NCBI GenBank assembly: GCA_964602665.1
Contig: CAZRRH010000003.1
Location: 66,963-130,962 of the forward strand
Origin: an uncultured Candidatus Saccharibacteria bacterium
GTDB lineage: Bacteria > Patescibacteriota > Dojkabacteria > SC72 > WJKH01
Length of the DNA stretch: 64,000 nucleotides
Direction of reading: 5' to 3'
The notes below the pieces were generated by a model, which worked only from the letters and a program-made list of their open reading frames with translations, was not told where the DNA came from and did not search any database. Positions 58,951 to 64,000 of this stretch are shown here, piece after piece (position 1 is the stretch's first letter; each line of letters begins with the position of its first letter). The translations under genes were made by a program, and so were the position numbers.

Positions 58951-59184
58951 TTGGTAATGAACGAAATAAAAACAATCGAAAAAAAGTACAATATTAAATG
59001 GGGTAGAGTTGGAATTTGGCTTATCGTCGTTTTATATCTTGTTTTTCCAATAGATTTTTTGCCTGAGGCGATTTTTGGTCCGATTGCTTTCTCTGATGAT
59101 GCTCTTGTTTTAGTCCTCAAAATCATCGAGGAGATTGTTAATGCGAGAAAAGCGAAGAAAGTTGATTCTTCAATAATCAATTAA
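58951..59184 (+). CDS. DUF1232/YkvA-family small membrane protein
   Basis: PIDFLPEAIFGPIAFSDD motif. 77 aa. Confidence 0.45.
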   Translation: MVMNEIKTIEKKYNIKWGRVGIWLIVVLYLVFPIDFLPEAIFGPIAFSDDALVLVLKIIEEIVNARKAKKVDSSIIN

Positions 59185-59201
59185 GATAGTAATTATTTTG
59201 T

Positions 59202-59771
59202 ATGGTTGATCTTTATCAAAAGTCAAAAGAGGCTTTTTTGGATAGGGTTAAAAAATTTGGTCAAGACCCATATGCTTTACTTCATCATGTCCCCGAAATG
59301 GAAAAGTGGGCAAGGTTTATGCTTAATAAACATCCTTCATTAGACAAAGATGTTGTTTTATCTTCTGTTTGGCTACATGATATTGGCCATTATCCTATAC
59401 CGACTGATATAGATCATGCGGTCAGAAGCGAGGAGATCTCCAGAGAGCTCTTAAAATCTTGGAACTATGATAAAGAGAAGATAACCCAGATTTTGCATTG
59501 TATAAGAGCTCACAGATGTAAAGATGTCATTCCAGAAAGCGATGAGGCCAAGGTTATTGCAGTGATCGATTCTGCAAGTCATATGAGTGATATGGTTTAC
59601 TTGAAGATGATGAAGGAAGGAGAGTTTTCAGCACTTGAGAAAATAGAAAGAGATTTTAGAGATATTAGTCGTTTTTCAGAATTTAACTTGCAAAATGATT
59701 TACAAGAAATTTATGAGGCTTGGAGAGTACTCTTAAAAAGATACGAGAAAGTGCATAAGCTGATTAATTGA
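59202..59771 (+). CDS. HD-domain protein
   Basis: WLHDIGHYP HD motif. 189 aa. Confidence 0.45.
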   Translation: MVDLYQKSKEAFLDRVKKFGQDPYALLHHVPEMEKWARFMLNKHPSLDKDVVLSSVWLHDIGHYPIPTDIDHAVRSEEISRELLKSWNYDKEKITQILHCIRAHRCKDVIPESDEAKVIAVIDSASHMSDMVYLKMMKEGEFSALEKIERDFRDISRFSEFNLQNDLQEIYEAWRVLLKRYEKVHKLIN

Positions 59772-59834
59772 CCTGTTACTTTTATAAAGTTTTTTCGTTA
59801 ATTATATTAGAGTTAAATTTTTTATTAAACTTTT

Positions 59835-60845
59835 ATGAAAAAGCTTTTGCTTTATATTCTGATAGCTCTGATATTTATATATTCTGCTGTTTTAACAGTG
59901 TTTTTGATTTTAAATTGGGACAAAGTTACAAATAAGGATTCGAAACAAATAGAAGATACCTCAGAAGTAATAAATAATTCTCTTTGGGATAATATAAAAG
60001 AAACTACATGGTGGAAAAACAATGAATCATGTGGTGAGACGATTGTTTTCTATGAGGATTATGAGGGAAATCCAAAATGTATATTTATGGAAAATGGTAG
60101 TGGAGTAAACATTGTTTCTAGGCGATGGTGTGAATTTGATTTAATAGATGAGGAGAATGTAAAAATTGATGGCGTTTCTTATAAATTGAATAGGGATTTG
60201 AACGCAAATGATTACGAAGATAAAACACAAATATTTCTTTTTACGCAGAAAGCATTGGTGTACAACCATGTCGGTCTTGCAGATATGGATTTTGTAAGAA
60301 GTAAAAATTTTATTGTAGAAGATATTAATTTACAAGAAGACAAAATAAAAACTGAATCAATATCAGCAGAAATTAAAGCGTTTATCGGAGTTGATGAAAA
60401 TGGTCAAGGGATTTTTCACACGATTAAATTGACCACAAATGCTCCTATAGGGACAGAGGTAATAGAAGATAAAGATCATCCACTTAAAGTATTTGAACCA
60501 AAGTGTTTTGTTAATAAAGACTCAAAACTATGTGTAGTTGCCCCCTACGAAGCTTTTCCTGCTGATTTTGCCAAGTACGAGCAAATGGGAAATAATAGCC
60601 AATTTGGTACCTTATACAAAGTCTATGTAAAAAACAATTATGATTGGTTTTATTATACAAATAGCGTCCCTAAAACGGGCAGAGGAGATTGTTCTAATGA
60701 AGCTGGTTTTACAACAACTCCTCCTTGCGGAGAAACTGTTGTTAAAATTGCAGATGATGATAATTATTTTCAAGCAGAGTGTTATTATGGAGAGGCTTTT
60801 TGTGACGCACTTATGAAAGATATGAGCGTAGAAACAAGTAATTAA
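59835..60845 (+). CDS. secreted Cys-rich hypothetical protein
   Basis: N-terminal TM/signal, about 12 Cys, 336 aa. Confidence 0.35.
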   Translation: MKKLLLYILIALIFIYSAVLTVFLILNWDKVTNKDSKQIEDTSEVINNSLWDNIKETTWWKNNESCGETIVFYEDYEGNPKCIFMENGSGVNIVSRRWCEFDLIDEENVKIDGVSYKLNRDLNANDYEDKTQIFLFTQKALVYNHVGLADMDFVRSKNFIVEDINLQEDKIKTESISAEIKAFIGVDENGQGIFHTIKLTTNAPIGTEVIEDKDHPLKVFEPKCFVNKDSKLCVVAPYEAFPADFAKYEQMGNNSQFGTLYKVYVKNNYDWFYYTNSVPKTGRGDCSNEAGFTTTPPCGETVVKIADDDNYFQAECYYGEAFCDALMKDMSVETSN

Positions 60846-60861
60846 ATTCTAAGTTAATTAT

Positions 60862-61623
60862 ATGAAAAAGCAGCTTTTAATAACAGCTTTTGTGGTATCA
60901 GGTTTGGTCATTCTGACTATAATATTCTTTGTTGTATCTAATTGGGATAAAATATTCACAGAAAGGAATGAAACGGGTAATACTGTTTTAGAAGAGATTA
61001 CAAATGTCTTTAATAGTCTAAAAGTCGATGATAATGCAGATACAGAAATTGCAAATGAAAGTGGTGAAAACTCTATTGAAACAGAAGAAGATACAGCAGA
61101 AAAAGATAATGATTTAGGGCTAGGATATAAAACTCACAAAGAAGATAATATTGAAATAACTTATCCAGACAGTTGGAATTTGATCACTGACTATAACAAG
61201 GTTGTAGATTTGGGAATGTTTCGATTAGAGAATAATAAATATAAAGTAAGTTATACTGAGAGAAGTGATGTCCCTTATATATGCTTATTTAGTGACACGA
61301 CCGAAGAGCAGAAAAATGCTTTTATTGAATATTTTAAAGAATTTGGTGCTAGTCAAATGGAGATAGACTATTTAGCAGGAAACATAAATGAAGGTGCATT
61401 CAAGCAATTTAATTTGAAAAACGGTGAAGGAACCCTTAGGTTATATAAATCAGAAAATCCTGAAGTAGATGACAATATTTGGAGCTCATGTTATAAGTCA
61501 AAAAATAGAACATACTTCCAAGACTTCCCACTTAGTGTAAGTTTTGAAAGTGATAGTACGGTTGATTCTGAACTTAAATTCGTTTTAGAGTCAATTGTTG
61601 TCGGATATGGTGCTATTTATTAA
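60862..61623 (+). CDS. secreted hypothetical protein
   Basis: N-terminal TM/signal, 253 aa. Confidence 0.35.
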   Translation: MKKQLLITAFVVSGLVILTIIFFVVSNWDKIFTERNETGNTVLEEITNVFNSLKVDDNADTEIANESGENSIETEEDTAEKDNDLGLGYKTHKEDNIEITYPDSWNLITDYNKVVDLGMFRLENNKYKVSYTERSDVPYICLFSDTTEEQKNAFIEYFKEFGASQMEIDYLAGNINEGAFKQFNLKNGEGTLRLYKSENPEVDDNIWSSCYKSKNRTYFQDFPLSVSFESDSTVDSELKFVLESIVVGYGAIY

Positions 61624-61741
61624 GAAAATATGAGCAGATAATAAAAGTGTGATATAATTTGCTTAATGCCTAATATTGAAGTATCAAATAACCCTGTTTT
61701 TAATAGCAACTACACCTTAATTATATCATAAACGCTTTTAA

Positions 61742-62860
61742 ATGTCAATATCAAAAAAAATTGTAATACCAGTAATATTGATAAACCTACTCTCTCTAAC
61801 CGCTCTTTTATCGACGAGCATTGATAGTGTCGGGAATATAAATATTCAAGATACATTTACTAAACAAATAGCGTTTATAATTATTGGGTGGATATTATAT
61901 TTTTTAATTGCTAGAATTGATTTAGATTACATAAAATTTCCTCAGATAAGTATAATAATCTTTATCAGCTTACTTATTTTGTTAATTCTAACGAGCTTAT
62001 TTGGACCGACGATAAATTATGCTAAAAGGTGGCTAATATTGGCAGGTGTCCAGATACAGCCTTCTGAGTTTGTAAAGATAGCCGTAATAATCTACACAGC
62101 AGTATTTATGCTAAATTCTGGTTTATCAAAATGGAAGGCAATAGTAATTACTTCTATCGCTACAATAATATTTGCTGTGATAGTATTTATGCAACCACAT
62201 GGAAGTATGGCACTTATAATTATGGCATTGTGGTTTCTTACTGTTATTACAATATTGCCAAAGCAGCTTATTAATATATCTGTTGTTGCCGTAATACTCA
62301 TGGCTTTAGCTTCACTGCTCTATTTTGATGTGAAAAATGACTGGGGATTAATTGACAAAATCCCTCTTTTCTCGCACCAGAAGAATCGTATAACAGCATT
62401 TATTAGTCCTGACAAAACAGCGGATAAGGAGTATTTTAATGTAGATCAGGCAAGAGTTGCAATCGGGTCAGGAGGTTTACTAGGCAAGGGGTTTGGTCAA
62501 GGGTCTCAAAGTAGGTTAAGATTTTTACCGGAATATAAGACAGATTTTTTGTTTGCGGCTTTTTGTGAAGAGTTTGGGCTAATTGGTGGAGGGCTACTAC
62601 TTGTATTATATTGCTTTTTGATTTATAATATAATGATAGAAGCGATGGCGATCCCTGATCAGACATTGAGCGTAATAGTGTTTTTATTTGGGGTAAAGAT
62701 ACTATTAGAGATGTTTATAAATATTGGTACAAATACAGGGCTTATACCAGCAACTGGGATTCCTCTGCCACTTTTTAGTGCGGGAGGAAGTGTTGTTATT
62801 GCAACATTTGTGACCCTTGGTATAGTGCAAAATGCCATTAATCGTAAACAGTTAATTTAA
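61742..62860 (+). CDS. SEDS-family peptidoglycan glycosyltransferase (RodA/FtsW)
   Basis: About 10 TM. Conserved PSEFVKIAVIIY and TGIPLPLFSAGGS motifs. Confidence 0.8.
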   Translation: MSISKKIVIPVILINLLSLTALLSTSIDSVGNINIQDTFTKQIAFIIIGWILYFLIARIDLDYIKFPQISIIIFISLLILLILTSLFGPTINYAKRWLILAGVQIQPSEFVKIAVIIYTAVFMLNSGLSKWKAIVITSIATIIFAVIVFMQPHGSMALIIMALWFLTVITILPKQLINISVVAVILMALASLLYFDVKNDWGLIDKIPLFSHQKNRITAFISPDKTADKEYFNVDQARVAIGSGGLLGKGFGQGSQSRLRFLPEYKTDFLFAAFCEEFGLIGGGLLLVLYCFLIYNIMIEAMAIPDQTLSVIVFLFGVKILLEMFINIGTNTGLIPATGIPLPLFSAGGSVVIATFVTLGIVQNAINRKQLI

Positions 62861-62872
62861 ACAAAAACAAAT

Positions 62873-63403
62873 ATGGAAAAGAAAGTTACTAAAAAGAAAC
62901 CAGTAGCAACCAAGAAAAAGGCAGTAGTTAAAAGTAAAAAAGTTGTCACAACGAAAAAAGTTGTCACGGTAAAAGCTAAAGTTACCGCTCCTAAAAAGGC
63001 TCTAGTTGCAAAAACTAAAATTGTCGCTAAAAATAAAGTGACTGTAAAAAAGAGTATTCCTGCAGTAAAATCAAATGAGTCAATTGATAAAAATTTTTTT
63101 GCAGTACTTAGAATCAAAGGTGAGCAGATAAAGCTTTACAAAAATGAAGAAGTTGAGGTTAACCATATAAAAGGTAAGGTTGGTGAGAAAATTGAAATAG
63201 TTGATGTATTATTAGTCAGTGATGGCGACAAAGTTGAAATTGGTAAACCAATTGTTAAAGATGCAACTGCACTTATCGAGATTATCGAGCAAAAAAAAGG
63301 ACCAAAATTAAAAACAATCTTCTTTAAAGCAAAATCAAGATACAGAAAGCATTATGGCGCGAGGCAGTTTATAACTGTTGTCAGGTTTCTTGGCTTAAAA
63401 TAG
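62873..63403 (+). CDS. rplU: 50S ribosomal protein L21 with lysine-rich N-terminal extension
   Basis: C-terminal about 100 aa is canonical L21 (FAVLRIKGEQIKL...KKGPKLK...RYRKHYGARQ). It is preceded by an about 65-aa K/V/T-rich histone-H1-like extension. Confidence 0.8.
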   Translation: MEKKVTKKKPVATKKKAVVKSKKVVTTKKVVTVKAKVTAPKKALVAKTKIVAKNKVTVKKSIPAVKSNESIDKNFFAVLRIKGEQIKLYKNEEVEVNHIKGKVGEKIEIVDVLLVSDGDKVEIGKPIVKDATALIEIIEQKKGPKLKTIFFKAKSRYRKHYGARQFITVVRFLGLK

Positions 63404-63423
63404 CTAAAAATTAGGTAATATAA

Positions 63424-64000
63424 ATGCAATATTTTTTTCAATTGGGTGGACAATATGATTTGTGTTATGCCGAGCTAACTACTTGCTTGGAGGCCAATTT
63501 TTCATGCAAATTTAAGATTTATCGTCCGCTTGAGAATATTGTAATAATTGAGCCCGATGGTGATAAAGATTTAACAGCTGAATTAAAACAGCTTTTCTTA
63601 TTTCTTGGTGGGGCTGTAAGATTTGGTGTGATGATTGATGACAGTGAGGATTTTCTTGATAAATTTAGTGGTAGAATAACTTTTGGAGTTAACTCTTTTG
63701 GAGTGCTTGCTGACCTTAAGGCCGTTGATAAATTTGCTAAGAAAATAAAAGAGAGATATTCTGATGCTGGTTTTTCTGCAAGATTTTTGCTTCCTAAGTC
63801 AGAAAATTATAAAGAAATAACGCTAAATTCAGCACAAGTTAGCAAAAACAAATTAATCGAAAAAGGTTTTGAGCTAAATCTTATAAAATGCGAAGATGAT
63901 GTACGAATGGGACAGACATTAGCAGTACAGGATTATGAGCAATTCAGCATTATTGATTTCGAGAAACCAAGATCTGATAAGAAAATGGGTATGTTGCCAC
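63424..64000 (+). CDS. hypothetical protein (partial; continues past window end)
   Basis: Open frame from the ATG at 63424 to the window end. Not in the ORF track because no stop falls inside the window. Confidence 0.3.
   Translation, partial: MQYFFQLGGQYDLCYAELTTCLEANFSCKFKIYRPLENIVIIEPDGDKDLTAELKQLFLFLGGAVRFGVMIDDSEDFLDKFSGRITFGVNSFGVLADLKAVDKFAKKIKERYSDAGFSARFLLPKSENYKEITLNSAQVSKNKLIEKGFELNLIKCEDDVRMGQTLAVQDYEQFSIIDFEKPRSDKKMGMLP

Noticed and set aside
1-64000. Possible alternative genetic code (TGA recoding), given the Patescibacteria-like content
   Set aside because: Long uninterrupted standard-code ORFs are tightly packed with canonical stops. There is no need to invoke recoding.

Overview
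This is an AT-rich (about one-third GC) bacterial chromosomal segment. Its gene content is that of a small-genome, probably Patescibacteria/CPR-like organism: truncated alaS, class-I lysyl-tRNA synthetase, archaeal/eukaryote-type glyQS, sortase plus many membrane-anchored surface proteins, and an ftsQ-ftsA-ftsZ cluster. Most of the window is housekeeping: recF, lepA, ruvX, alaS, rny-ymdB, hup, pyrH, two greA paralogs, tRNA-Glu, trmD, glyQS, lysK, serS, miaA/miaB, eno, trxB, ftsQAZ, rodA/ftsW and rplU. The standout feature is a complete diversity-generating retroelement (DGR) at about 8.1-11.2 kb. It comprises a membrane-anchored target gene whose C-terminus has the DUF1566/C-type-lectin-like WxLPT...FWSS...AWxV...VRCV motif pattern, a 123-nt variable repeat (VR) at its 3' end, a 123-nt template repeat (TR) 0.3 kb downstream, an Avd four-helix-bundle gene, and a YVDD reverse transcriptase. 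All 22 VR/TR mismatches fall on TR adenines. TR is on the opposite strand from avd-RT and appears to have its own TTGACA/TATCTT promoter, which is a less common DGR architecture. Other points of note: a partial VirB4-like type IV secretion ATPase operon at the left edge, next to a small nucleotidyltransferase-fold gene; a long GC-rich imperfect hairpin after hup; a greA N-terminal remnant; a lysine-rich N-terminal extension on L21; and an unusual cluster of MiaB-like radical-SAM, adenylate-forming enzyme, methyltransferase and orphan multi-TM histidine kinase. All calls are by eye from motifs in the supplied translations; no searches were run.
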